From a virus (taxonomy: Duplodnaviria > Caudoviricetes): 63,624 nucleotides of DNA. Made by a program: the position numbers and the translations under genes. The notes beneath the pieces are model-generated. The model searched no databases, had not been told where the DNA came from, and saw only the letters and a list, made by a program, of their open reading frames with translations. Positions 27,301-39,900 of this stretch are shown here, in pieces (positions within the stretch are counted from its first letter, which is position 1; each line of letters begins with the position of its first letter). The DNA is taken from the IMG/VR virus record IMGVR_UViG_3300001589_000008, positions 1 to 63,624 of that record. One strand, given 5' to 3'.

Positions 27301-27906
27301 ATAAGTGATGAAGTAATCTATCATCCGGTAAAATATAAAATACTTTTTGGTGAATCAGCGGAGACTAGTTTGCAAGCAACTTTTAAAATAGTAAAAAATA
27401 CAGAAACAGTTACAAATGATAACGAAATTAAATCAAATGTAATAAATGCAATGAATGAATATTTTAGTTTAGAAAATTGGGAGTTTGGAGAATCTTTTTA
27501 CTTCTCAGAACTATCAACATATATAATGAATCAAAATGCACCTAATATTAGCTCTATAGTAATTGTTCCAAACGAAGACACTCAAGCATTTGGTTCATTA
27601 TATGAGATTAAAGCAGAGTCAGATGAAATTTTTATAAGTGGTGCAACCGTTTCAGATGTAACTATAATAGATAGTATTACAGCAACTAGGTTAAAAGCAT
27701 CAGGAACTGTTATAACAGCAAGTACAGAAACAGCAAATACCGGAATACAAAGTTCTAGCACATCATACAATTCCTCAATTAACTCTGGAAGCTCAAGCAG
27801 TTCAAGCAGTTCAAGCAGTTCAAGCAGTTCAAGCAGTTCGGGTAGCTCAGGTAGCTCAGGTAGCTCGGGTAGCTCGGGTAGCTCAGGCGGAGGGTATGGC
27901 TACTAA
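24328..27906 (+). CDS. gp6: Baseplate wedge subunit gp6-like
   Basis: DFDNLRRTMISYL...FNDYIESS...ENFLELAERRESVLRLARLLSYNP; FSDGTFGELP; ESNESIKRNAP...QNRMITGEDY. Confidence 0.9.
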   Translation: MSTTDRQNRLLVAEDWKRVYQSFRNADFQSYDFDNLRRTMISYLRTNYPEDFNDYIESSEYLSLIDLIAFLGQNISFRIDLNARENFLELAERRESVLRLARLLSYNPKRNQAAQGLLKVTSISTSEEVVDSNNFNLANQEIQWNDPTNTDWYEQFIKIMNSALPVNGTFGRPLKKETVDGVPHQQYRFNAVNTDIPKYGFNKTVQGSSLDFEVVSTDINADLKSVEEEIPLTANSFAYLFKDDGKGPSSSNTGFFCMFKQGSLDSGQFVVNNPTTNQIIDIDATNINNDDVWLYKLDSTGQESEYWTKVEAVEGNNVIYNSISKKIRTIYSVLTRVSDRVSLVFSDGTFGELPKGVFKVFYRTSNNQRYVIKPQDLTGIQVRVPYLSRANVIETLTLNLELKYTIANSSTSESNESIKRNAPSTYYTQNRMITGEDYNVAPLGVSQDIIKVKAVNRFASGISRYYDLLDATGKYSSTNLFANDGIVYKEELVKKDSFSYTTQTDIESAITNKVEPILKDRRVLNYYLTNFTKIITSDLKAEWVQVTTDTNRGTGYFIDETDAKYKVGSFTANNLRLIEAGSLLKFEAPTGFHFMVGDKTTLMAGSPNHPGSLSYKWVKVTSVNGDGTTNTTTGLGPIVLNDSIPSNALLTEVRPKLSTKILDSVKTQIIDQAFANNTFGLRYDVSTRQWRIITEVNLNTTNAFSTGKTGDVSSQNLDASWLLWFKTDGEKYDITYRALRYVFESDTEIKFYYDSSDKIYDNKTGKIIKDKIEVLSINTQPGSTTPFTTDYNWEITKEYRDVDGYVDTKKIEVGFFDEDDDGVVDNPNSFIDIVAETVAPTTKYIFQKLYTTTDGVEDFKYVTTSVENITVLTSESAMGAYSSYDANEVFYYIDTGLFKQLSANKLILTQISTYKAFLGRPNLKFRYVHAADNNKRIDPSSTNLIDTYLLTRLYDITYRQWLNGDVTTQPLPPSSDQLYRSYGVELDKIKSISDEVIYHPVKYKILFGESAETSLQATFKIVKNTETVTNDNEIKSNVINAMNEYFSLENWEFGESFYFSELSTYIMNQNAPNISSIVIVPNEDTQAFGSLYEIKAESDEIFISGATVSDVTIIDSITATRLKASGTVITASTETANTGIQSSSTSYNSSINSGSSSSSSSSSSSSSSSSSGSSGSSGSSGSSGSSGGGYGY
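27793..27885 (+). repeat. Two 9-bp tandem arrays: (TCAAGCAGT)x5 and (GGTAGCTCR)x5
   Basis: They encode the poly-Ser and (GSS)n tail of gp6. Confidence 0.95.
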
Positions 27907-30900
27907 TGGCGTACGATGATCAAAAAGACTATCCACTTCCATTTAATGGAAAACCAGGTAAAAGAAGAACGTCAGAATTATTACCAAAATATTTCCGATC
28001 AGACACAAATGAAAAGTTTTTAGGATCTACAATTGATCAAATTACTTCTCCGGGAACAGCTAAAAAATTAAACGGATATTTTGGTAGAAAGACAGCACCT
28101 GCATATAGTCCTAGCGATAATTACTTAGGTGATGTAACTACTACTAGAACTAATTACCAATTAGAACCTGCATTAGTTTCTAAGGATTTATTAAATAACG
28201 TTTCATTTTATAAAGACTATAACGATTTTAGAAATCAGCTTGATATATTAGGAGGTACTACTTCTAACGAAAGTTTATTTAATAGCCAAGAATATTATGC
28301 ATGGGACTCGGGTGTAGACTGGGATAAACTTACTAACTTCCGTGAATACTATTGGCTACCAAGCGGACCAGCACCAATTTCAATTTTTGGACAGTCTGAT
28401 GAAGTGACAAGTACATATACTGTAAATAGTATTGACAATGCTGGTAATAAAGGTTATGCATTCAACGGCAACCTAGCACAGAATCCTACATTAGAATTAT
28501 ATAGAGGCCAAACTTATATATTTGATGTAAGCACACCAGGTCTTCCGTTTACAATTAGAACTTCAAGATTGATCGAAAGCGATAATGAATATTCAACTGG
28601 TATTACTAATTCTGGTGTTGATAATGGTGTAGTTACATTTACTGTTCCTATTAATGCACCTGACAGACTATACTATGTAGCAGAAACCGATGTTAACACA
28701 GGCGGAACATTTAGAATTGCTGAAATTGAATCAAATACATCTATTGATGTTGCGACTGATATACTAGGTAAAAAAACATATACCTCAGCAAATGGTACCG
28801 AATTAATGAATGGTATGAAGCTAAATTTTACAGGTACAGTTACTCCTGAAAAATATGCAACAGGATCTTGGTATGTTGAAGGTGTTGGCGATAAAATTAT
28901 ATTAATAAAAAATACTGATTTAGTAATACCTCAAACATATTCAGCAGATGTAGAAGTATTATTTGATGCAAATAATTTTGATAACTTGCCATACGGCACT
29001 GCTAGTTCATATGCCGCTACTAAAGATTATGTTGTTATTAATAGAAGTTCTCCTGATAAAAATGCTTGGACTAGAAATAATAGATGGTTTCATAAATCAG
29101 TTCTTGAAAAAACAGCATCACTTAACGGGCAGATATTCAATATCGATCAAAGTGCAAGAGCAAAACGTCCTATTATTGAATTTAATGCAGGAATAAAATT
29201 ACATCAATTTGGTACAGAAGCAAAGGCCGAAAATGTAGATCTAATTGATACTTTTACTACTGATGTATTTTCTACTATAAATGGTAGAGAAGGATATAAC
29301 ATTGATGGTGTTGATGTTACTAATAATATGCGTATTTTGTTTACAGCTGATCCAGACTTACTTGTAAAAGATAGAATTTATAAAGTTAAAATGATCAAAC
29401 ATAATTCAACTGTATCACAGATTGCATTAGTTGAAGAAACTGATACGTTACCAATTACTAATCAAGTTGCATTAATTACTAAAGGAACTAATGCCGGTAA
29501 GCAATATTACTACGATGGAACTACTTGGAAAGTTGCTCAGCTTAAAACAAAAATAAACCAACAACCATTATTTGAATTATTTGATAACAACGGAATTAGC
29601 TTTACTGATTCTACAACATATCCAGTAAGCAATTTTGCAGGTAATAAAATTTTTAGCTATAAAGTAGGGACAGGAAAGAACGATGTTGAATTAGGGTTTC
29701 CAATTACTTATAGAGCTTTAGAAAACGTTGGTGATATAACTTTTGATTTTAATCTAGTAACTGATAGTTTTAGTTATCAGGTTAATAACACTCCGTTATT
29801 AAAAAATAGTGATGTAGGATTTTATAGAATATATACAGACATTGATAGTTTTACTTATTGCAACGGATGGAAAAAAGCAAGTACAAATACGATTTCAAAA
29901 GTTATTAGACAGTATGATGTTATTACAGCCCAAACAGATTTTAATATTGATGTATATAATAACAGTAGTACACTAACAGATTTAAAATGTGCAGTTCAAG
30001 TTAATAATAAATGGAGATTTGATTATACACTTGTAGATGTCGATGGATTTAAGACGGTTAGATTTTCAAAAGCAATTCCTGCAAATAGTAGTGTGATAAT
30101 TAAGACTAATAGTGATACAGTTAAAAATGCTAACGGATATTACGAATTTCCACACTCAATGGAAAAGAATCCAGAAAATGAAAATCTTAGTACTTTTACT
30201 TTAGGAGAAGTTAACGATCATGTTAATACTATGATTGAAGACTTACCGGGATTTGTAGGAATGTTTCCGGGACCAAGTAATCTTGCAAACCTAGGTAATA
30301 TATCTTCATATGGTAGAAAATTTTTACAATATGCAGGGTCTCCTAACACTACTGTATATCATGCTACTGATAAAGATGCAAACGTAATTAAGGCAATTGA
30401 CTATGCTAGAAAAGAGTATAGAAAATTTAAAAGATCCTTTATACAGATTGCTGATACATTAGGTTATGATGGACCTATAAAACAACATGTTGATTTAATA
30501 TTAAAAGAAGTTAGTAAAAATAAAATAAACACAGACCCTTACTATTTTAGTGATATGATCCCCTCAGAAGGATTTAAACGTTTAGAGTTTTCTGTATATG
30601 ATACAGAAAATAACTTCTTTTCTTTAAGTAAGGCACATAGTTTAAGTTCTTTATCTTCAGAGGCAGTATTAATATATAAAAATGGTATTCAATTAATACA
30701 TAATAAAGATTACACATTTAATACAGACGGATTTGCTGTTATAACAGCAACAAAAGCCAAAGATGATTTAATTGAAATATATGAATACGAAAATACAGAC
30801 GGTAGTTATATTCCACCAACTCCTAGTAAGTTAGGATTATATCCTACATATTATCCAGAGATAATTGATGATAGCACTTATCAAACTACTACTAGAGTAA

Positions 30901-33900
30901 TACAAGGTCATGACGGTAGTAAAACAATAGCATATATGGATTATAGAGATCAGTTATTACTAGAATTAGAAAAAAGAATATTTAATAATATTAAAGCAAC
31001 ATATGATACTACAAGATTAGATATACATGACTATATTCCTAGTATAAGAAGAGATACAAAGTTTAGTAAAGTACAGATTGACTCGGCAATGATGCGTGAC
31101 TTTGTACAATGGACAGAAAGTTTAGGGGGTGTTGATTACACCAGTAGTAGTAGTTTTTATGATAGATCTAATAGTTTTACATGGAATTATACAGGCATGT
31201 CAACCCGAGATAATAAAAACTTACCAGGATTTTGGAGAGCTGTTTATAAAAATGCGTATGATACAGATAGACCTCATACACATCCTTGGGAGATGCTAGG
31301 CTTTACAATAATGCCCACTTGGTGGGAGTCTGTATATGGATCAGCACCATATACAAGCGACAATTTAGTTCTATGGGAAGATTTACAAGAAGGCAGAGTT
31401 AAATCACCAGGAGTACCAATAGAAATTATTAAGAAGTATAAGAGGAAAGATCTACTTAAAAATATTCCTGTTAATGAAAGTGGACAACTTTTAAGTCCGC
31501 AAGAAGCTGGATATAGTTCAGGTTATGTATCACCTAATATTTCATCAAGTTTTAAATTTGGAGACGAAGCTCCGACAGAAACTGCTTGGAGAAGAAGTGG
31601 TGAATATCCGTTTAGTTTAATTAAGTCTTGGGTACTAAATCAACCTCATAAAGTAATGGGATTAGGATTTGACACATCTAGAATGATAAAGTCGTTATCA
31701 AATCAGTGGATATACAAAACATCAGGTACAGCATTATCGTCAAAAAGCCTAGTTTATCCTACATTAATAACAGATACAACAGAAACACATACATCAGGAT
31801 TAATTAACTATATTGTTGACTACCTAAACGGCGAAGCAACAACAAATTTTGAAACATATAAAGAAAGTTTTAAATTAATTAAAAATCAGTTAGGTATTAA
31901 ATTAGGATCTTTTACTGATAAAGATAAGTTAAAATTTATATTAGATAGTAGAACTCCTTTTAATAAAGGAAATGTATTTCTTCCAGCAGAAAATTATAAT
32001 ATTTTTCTTAATAAAAGTTCTCCGTTGTCAGTAGCATCTTATAGCGGTGTAATGATTGAAAAAGCTACAAAAGGATTTATAGTTAGAGGATATGATACTA
32101 CAAATCCAACATTTACATATAACGAGCCACAACAAACTATAAGCGACCCAAATATTAATGTTGGTGGTATATCAGAATCGTTTTTAGAGTGGGCATCAGG
32201 ACAAAGGTACTTAGTAGGTACTAATGTTAGAGATAGTAATAAATTCTATAGAGTCAAACAGAATCACACTAGTACTACTTCATTTGATGCTAATAATTTC
32301 CAGTCGTTAGTTGAACTTCCTACTACTGGCGGTGTTACCGCAGTATATAGAAAGTCTTTTGATAATAAAGGAACTGTTGTTCCTTATGGTACACTACTTG
32401 AAAGTATTCAGGATGTTGTTGACTTCTTACTTGGTTACGGAAAATACTTAGAGTCTGTAGGATTTAAGTTTGATTACTATAATAAAGAATTACAAATTGT
32501 TGAAGACTGGAAACTAAGTACAAAAGAATTTTTATATTTTACAACACAGAACTGGGCAGCCGGAACAGTATTATCAGTTAGTCCTTCCGCTACAAAGTTA
32601 GAATTTAATTCAAAGTATTCAGTTATTGATAATTTGTATGATAGCTTTTATGATTACAGCATTTTAAATGCTAGTGGAGAAAAAATAACTGAAGAATTAA
32701 CAAGGCTTAATAGAGATTCAGGAAATTTTGTTGTACAACTTAAAAATACTGCTGATGGATTGTATCACATAGTTCTTCCAACAGTACAACTTGAACATGT
32801 TATAGTTTTAGATAATAGCTCAGTATTTAAAGATGTAATATATAGTCCTGCTACAGGTTATAGGCAAGAAAGAATTAAAGTACTTGGATATGTTGCCGCA
32901 GGTTGGGACGGTAGTTTAAATATTCCTGGATTTATATTTGATTCTGCTATAATACTAAACTGGACACAATGGACTGACTTCTCTATAGGCGATATAGTTA
33001 AGTACAAAGAATTTTATTATACTGCTAATAGTGATGTACCTGGCGCAGAAATATTTGATCCGTTAAAATGGGCACGTCTAGAACAAAAGCCTAATCCAAA
33101 GTTAATGCCAAACTTTGATTATAAAATTAATCAGTTTGCTGATTTCTACGATCTTGATTCAGATAATTTTGATGCTGATCAACAAAAAATGGCACAACAT
33201 CTAATTGGTTATCAAAAAAGGCAGTATCTAGAAAATATTATTAACGATGAAGTAAGTCAATACAAATTTTATCAGGGGATGATAGCGGATAAGGGTACAA
33301 GGAATGCGATTGATAAGTTATTTGATAGTTTAGCAAGTGCTGATAAAGATAGCGTTGACTTTTTTGAAGAGTGGGCAATTAAGTCAGCACAATATGGTGC
33401 AAGTGACGGGTTTGAAGAAATTGAATACCAATTAGACGAATCTAAATTTAGACTAGAACCTCAGCCTATTGAATTGGTAAGTGTATTACCAACAGCATCA
33501 ACTGATTTGACATATAGAATTCCGCATTATGATGTATTTTTAAAGCCAAAAGATTATGAAACAAATAGACTTCCAACAAAATTTTTGAATGATGAATATG
33601 TAAAAACAGTAGGATATGTTACCGGCGAAGACGTTAACAGAGCAGTTTCGACCCCTGCAGGAATAATGAGATTTGCTACTAGCGATTTAGACAAGGGATC
33701 ATACGTCTGGGTAGCAACAGATGATCTAACATGGGATGTGCTAAAACATATTGATAGCAATATAATAGTTCAATCAATAACACAGGAAGCTCAAACTATT
33801 ACACTTAACTGTGATAGGACAGTTAATCTTGCTATTAATGATATTATAGGTCTTTACAATATAGATCAAATTGTAGGCACTGATACAACAGCAACAACAG

Positions 33901-36900
33901 TAGAAGCATTTTATACTATTACTGATGTTTTTAATAATAAGATTGAATTAACATCAGAACTTGCTGATTGGGAAAAATTATCATCACTTACTAACCTAAA
34001 TGGAATTATAACAAAGTTTGCAACACAAAGAGTTACTACATTATCTGAAGCTAATAATCTTAGCACTAAAGATTTACAATCAAAAGAAGTTATTTGGGTT
34101 GATGACGATGATACAGGTAAATGGAAAGTTATTAAAAATTCTCCTGTGTATTCTCAAGCCCAAACACTTAAAAGTAGTCTTGCTTTAGATAGTACCCAAC
34201 ATAATTTTGGACATAGTATTGCCGTAAACGAATCTAATACATTATTAGCTGTTGGTATTCCTGATAAAGGAAACGGAGAAGTACATATTTACAAACGTTC
34301 TAGTGATGCAAATAATTTAATATTTGATCAAACAATTAGTGCTCCTTCAACCTATGTTGATACGTATGATGGAAGCACAGAAATTACATCACAAAAGTTT
34401 GGTGAAAGCCTTTCGTTTAGTCCAGACGGAAAATATTTAATTATTGGATCTCCGCATGCAAGTAATGTAAAGACAGCATTTAAAGGAGAATATGTTGAGG
34501 GTAGTAATTATAATAAAAATGATATAATAAAATATGGTCCTAACTTGTTTAAAGCAATAGCAGTTATTGACGGTGCAGTTGGGTCTATTCCGTATACTAC
34601 TTTTGATTCGTATGCTGATATAGTAACAGACACTGATAGTTCGTTGCTTAACTTACTACAAACAGGCAACTATAAACTTAATAGTAAAGCAAATACAACA
34701 CACTTATTAGTTAGAGCTCCTAAACAAGCATATGAAGGCTCTCAGGCAGGAGACAGTATTGTACTAAACTGGAATAATTACAGTAGCATAAACATTCAAG
34801 GAAGTAACGTTAGTGTTGAACCGTTTGATGGAGAATTCCCACAGATAACAGGTACATTTTTAAGTGCTACTCATCCTATTGTACATAAAGTTGAAAATGT
34901 TTTACATATTGCAACGTTCCAAAACTTACCAGGTGTAGGACAAACGGTAAACAGTGCAGTTGCAAGTGGTACAGTAGCTTATGTTGGCGATGCAGACGGA
35001 TCGGCGATAGTTTATGTTAAAGATGTTAATGGAACATTTGCATCAACCGGACAGTTATTCATAGAAGATATTACTGTAGGAGATTATACAGAAGACTATG
35101 TAAATCCTTCAAGCAATGTTGGTGGATATTGGATGATAACAACACCTGCATACGAAACATCAGCAGATAGTTCAAACATATTTGTAGATCCAGGACATAG
35201 TTTAATATATGTAGATGTTATTAAGCAAGGTTCTGCTAGAACACCAAACTATTATTTTAATATTCAAGATAATATACAAGCTATTGGAACAAAAACTAGT
35301 TTAAATGATCAGATATCATTTATTGAAAGTTTTACATATGAAGGCGATCCTGGAGAAGTTTTTGCAGTACAACCTTCAAATCAGTGGGCAATAAGAGTTC
35401 CTAAAGCATTTTCAGATACAAAGACTACAGGTGATGACTTCTATCTTAAGGTTGATAATCAAAGCGGCCAAGTTGATTTAACAAGTACAGCATTTACATT
35501 TGATATACTTAATAAGCAACATACTATTGCTGATGTATGGGACGGATATATCGACTTTGTATTTGATAACTTTAGTACACTTAATCAGTTACCATTTGAA
35601 CCTGCAATTGGTAGTATAGTTAGAGATTCATCATCGGGTGCTACTGCTGAGGTTGTGTTTTATAAAAGACAGTTTAACGATGTAAGGATTTACGTAAAAA
35701 ATGTTACAGGAACATGGAGCTTAGGTGATGACTGGAGTCAAACTACTGATATTATTAGACAGGGCTCACCAGATAGAACTATGGGAGAAGTTAAAGCTGT
35801 ATCCTTAGGTACATCTGTTGTTGGTAAAATATTTATTATTACAGAAGCAACAAACTTTGCTAACGTTGCAACAACAGAACTAGTAGACAAAGAATATTGG
35901 ATCTATAATGAAATTACGTTACAGGGTATCGCTAGGGGTGCTAACATTCCTTCTAGTAATAATAATGACTGGGGACAAGTTAATAACTTAGTTGCAAGCA
36001 ATACTTCTAATGCTACAGGAAGTGGACTAACACAAGAAGGTATGATCTCTGTTTATTCAATAAGCGAAGTTAATCAATTTGAACATAACAATTCCTACGT
36101 TATTCCAGAAAGAGAAAATTTTAAAAAGTTTGGCGATGAATTACAAATAACACAAACTGGTGTCGGAGTTAATATTTTGTATAGAGTTGCTATTGCTTCA
36201 AATGGTAATAATACAGAGTCTAATCCAGGTAGTATACATTTTATAAAACACGGACGTGAAAATACTATAGGAGACACCTTTGTAGATTACGATTGGCAGT
36301 TAGATATTAATCCGTTGTTTAGAGGCGAGTTTAATATATCTACTTTTTATAAAATAAATGAAATAGTAGTATACAATAAAGAGTTATATAGTGCAAAGCA
36401 AAATATCGCTAGCGGATCAGTATTTACTATAGCAAATTGGACTAAGCTATCCAGTACTACTACGCATGTTGGGTATATACCAAGTACTCCGGAACAATTA
36501 GTTATAGGAGAAGGGATTTATACACCACAAGGCGGAATTAGAGACTTTGCTAGAAAGTTTGATCAGGATAAATTAGGACAAGTACTAATTACTAGTACCA
36601 AAATCCAAGGTAATGACAGTACAGGATCTAGAGCAGTAAACGTTTATCGACAGGTTAACGGACAATTTACTATATCTCAGACTATTACTGCACCGTATAC
36701 TGATGTAAGTACTGATACACTTACTGGATACGGCGATGCAATATCAATTAGTGCAGACGGCACTTTGATTGCTATAGGAGAGCCTTATAATAGTTCAGTT
36801 GCAAGTACTCAAGGTAAAGTTTATATCTATAAGCAAACAGCAGGAACATTTGCATTATCTCAAACGCTAACTAGCCACAATAATGAAGTCGCTGAACAGT

Positions 36901-39900
36901 TTGGTACTGCTTTAGGATTTGATGGAAATGTTTTAGCTATTACATCTTTACAAGGTAATATCGATAAACCAACAACATACGACTCAGACACTACTTACTT
37001 TGATAATAAATTTACTAAGTTTAAAACAGTAATGATGGATAGTGGAGTCATTTACACTTACGAAAGAATTAACGAAACGTTAGTATACGCTGAAGAATTT
37101 ATGTTTGATGATTCAGATTCTATGATGTTTGGTAAAAATATATTAGTAAGCAATAATCATGTTTATGCTAGTATGCCTCATATGACAGATTATAATACGT
37201 ACCAAGGTATGGTAGTTGATTATAGAAAACTTCTTGGTACTACTGCATGGGTTACACATAGAAGTCCACTTGATCAGGTTGACTTATCTAATATTAAAGG
37301 TGCATTTATATATAATACAAAAACTAATACACTTGTTTCTGATATTGATTTAATTGATCCTGTACAAGGAAAAATTCCAGGACCGGCAGAACAAGAATTA
37401 AGTTTTAAAACATATTATGATCCTGCATCCTATAATATAGGAGATGCAAGTGTTGTAGTAGACACATATGGCGGATGGACAAGCGATACAGTTGGTAAAT
37501 TATGGTGGGATCTAAGTGCAGTAAAGTATTACAATTATTATCAAAATGATATAACATATCAAACTAATTTTTGGTCAGAAGTATTTCCAGGAACAGATAT
37601 AGCAATATGGGAATGGGTTGAGTCAGATGTACTTCCAAGTGAATGGGACACTTTAGCAGATACTGAGGAAGGTATAGCACAAGGAATAAGTGGATTATCA
37701 AAATATGGTGATACCGCTTATAGTCAGCAATTAGTTTGGGATAAGATTTCTAATTCAACATCAACAAAATATTATTTTTGGACATTGAATAAGAAAACTA
37801 CACCAAATGTAGATTTTAGAAATTTAAGTGCAAGTGCTGTACAACAACTTATTAAAGATCCTGCAGGTTCGGGATATAAATTTGCCGCACTTATGTCTAA
37901 AGATAGACTTGCATTATATAATGTAGCACCTTTAATGGAAGATAAGAATATAGCTTTAAATATACGCTATTGGACAACTACTAATAAAAATCAAAATATA
38001 CATAATGAATATCAAATGATTGCACAAGGTGTTGCAAATAGTAAACCGAATAGAGATATTGAACGTAAGTGGTTTGATAGTTTAATTGGATATGATGTTA
38101 AAGACAGGTTAGTACCTGATCCTGCATTAAGTGTTAAATTAAAATACGGAATACAGGATAGACCTAGACAAGGATTGTTTATAAACAAAGCAGAAGCGTT
38201 AAAGCAAGTTATTGAAAGAGCTAATGATGTACTAAAAAAGAATATAATCGTTGACGAGTTTGATATTAGTAACTTAGTTAAAAGTGATCCAGCACCAAGT
38301 ACTAGTACACAACTATATGATGTAGTAGCTGATACAATGGAAGATGTAGCATTTGTCGGAATAGGAAATAAAAAGACTCCTACACTAACACCTACAGTGA
38401 TAGACGGCTCAATAACTCAAATATTAATAACAGATGCCGGCAGAGGTTATATAGATTCTACCTACACTAGTGGTACTAGAAAAGGTCCAAAAATTACAGT
38501 TACTGGCATAGGTGAAGATGCACAAATAGAATGCACACTAAACGAACTTGGACAAATTGCTACAGTAAATATTCTTAATGCAGGTACTGGATACGATGCA
38601 AATACTATACTTACGGTTAGACCTTTCTCAGCACTAGTTAGTTCAGACTCAAATGTATCTAATAAATGGAGCATATATGAGCTTATAGGAACTAAGTGGG
38701 TAAGGAGTGTAAGTCAGAGATATGATACAAATCTTTATTGGAATTATGTAGACTGGTATGCTCCTGGATATAATAGTTTTACACAAGTTTCAGATTTAAT
38801 TTCAGCAAGTTATTTGCTATCAGGATTAAACAATAATGTAGGAGATATAGTAAAGATTTCAAATATCGGATCAGGTGGATGGTTATTATTAGAAAAAATT
38901 AATAATACAGTTACAGACGACTATACAGTAAATTATAAAACAGTGGGTAAGCAAGATGCGACTATTATGTTTACTGAGACATTATATAACGTAGGAAAAA
39001 GTAAAGTAGGATTCGATAGTAATAATTACGATACCGTATTTTTTGATGCACAGCCTGTAACTGAATCTAGAATAATTTTAGAAACGTTAAGAGATAAGAT
39101 CTTTGTTGACAATCTAGAAGTTGAATATAATAAATTATTCTTATCAAGTATTAGATATGCATTTAGCGAACAACCAAATATTGATTGGGCATTTAAATCA
39201 AGTTTTGTTAAAGCACAGCATAATTTAGGAGAGTTAGCACAAAAGGTTACATTTAAAAATGATAACTTAGAAAGTTATCAAACATACATTAATGAAGTTA
39301 AGCCTTATAAGACAAAAGTTAGAGAATATGTAAGTTCATATGAAAAAGTAGATCCAACTAATACTACAGTATCAGACTTTGATTTACCTCCTAAGTATAG
39401 TTTAGAAACAACAAGAATCGAAGCATCAACAGCTAAGGTAGCTAATGAAGTAATTTTTGGACAACGTGATGTAACATCCTATCCAGATAAACATTGGTTT
39501 GAAAACGTAGGATATGAAATTAAGAGTGTTGAAATTGGGCATACAGGAACTTTATACAACCTGCCACCGGTAATTAAATTTGAGGGTAACAGCGGCTCAG
39601 GTGCAACAGCAAAGGCTTATCTAAATAACGGAAAATTAAGTAAAATTGAAGTACTAACTTCTGGTAAAGGTTATCTAAGTGCTCCTACAGTTATACTTGA
39701 TGGCGGATTAAGTGATACAGGAACGATTGGTAGAGCAACCGCTATTCTAGGAAACGGTACAGCTAGAGGTACTACAGTTAAATTTAAGTTTGATAGAGTT
39801 AGCGGAAATTATCATATTACCACACTTGCTACAACAGAGACATTCACAGGAACCGGAACTCAATTTAGATACAATTTAAAATGGCCAATGGATAGAAAAA

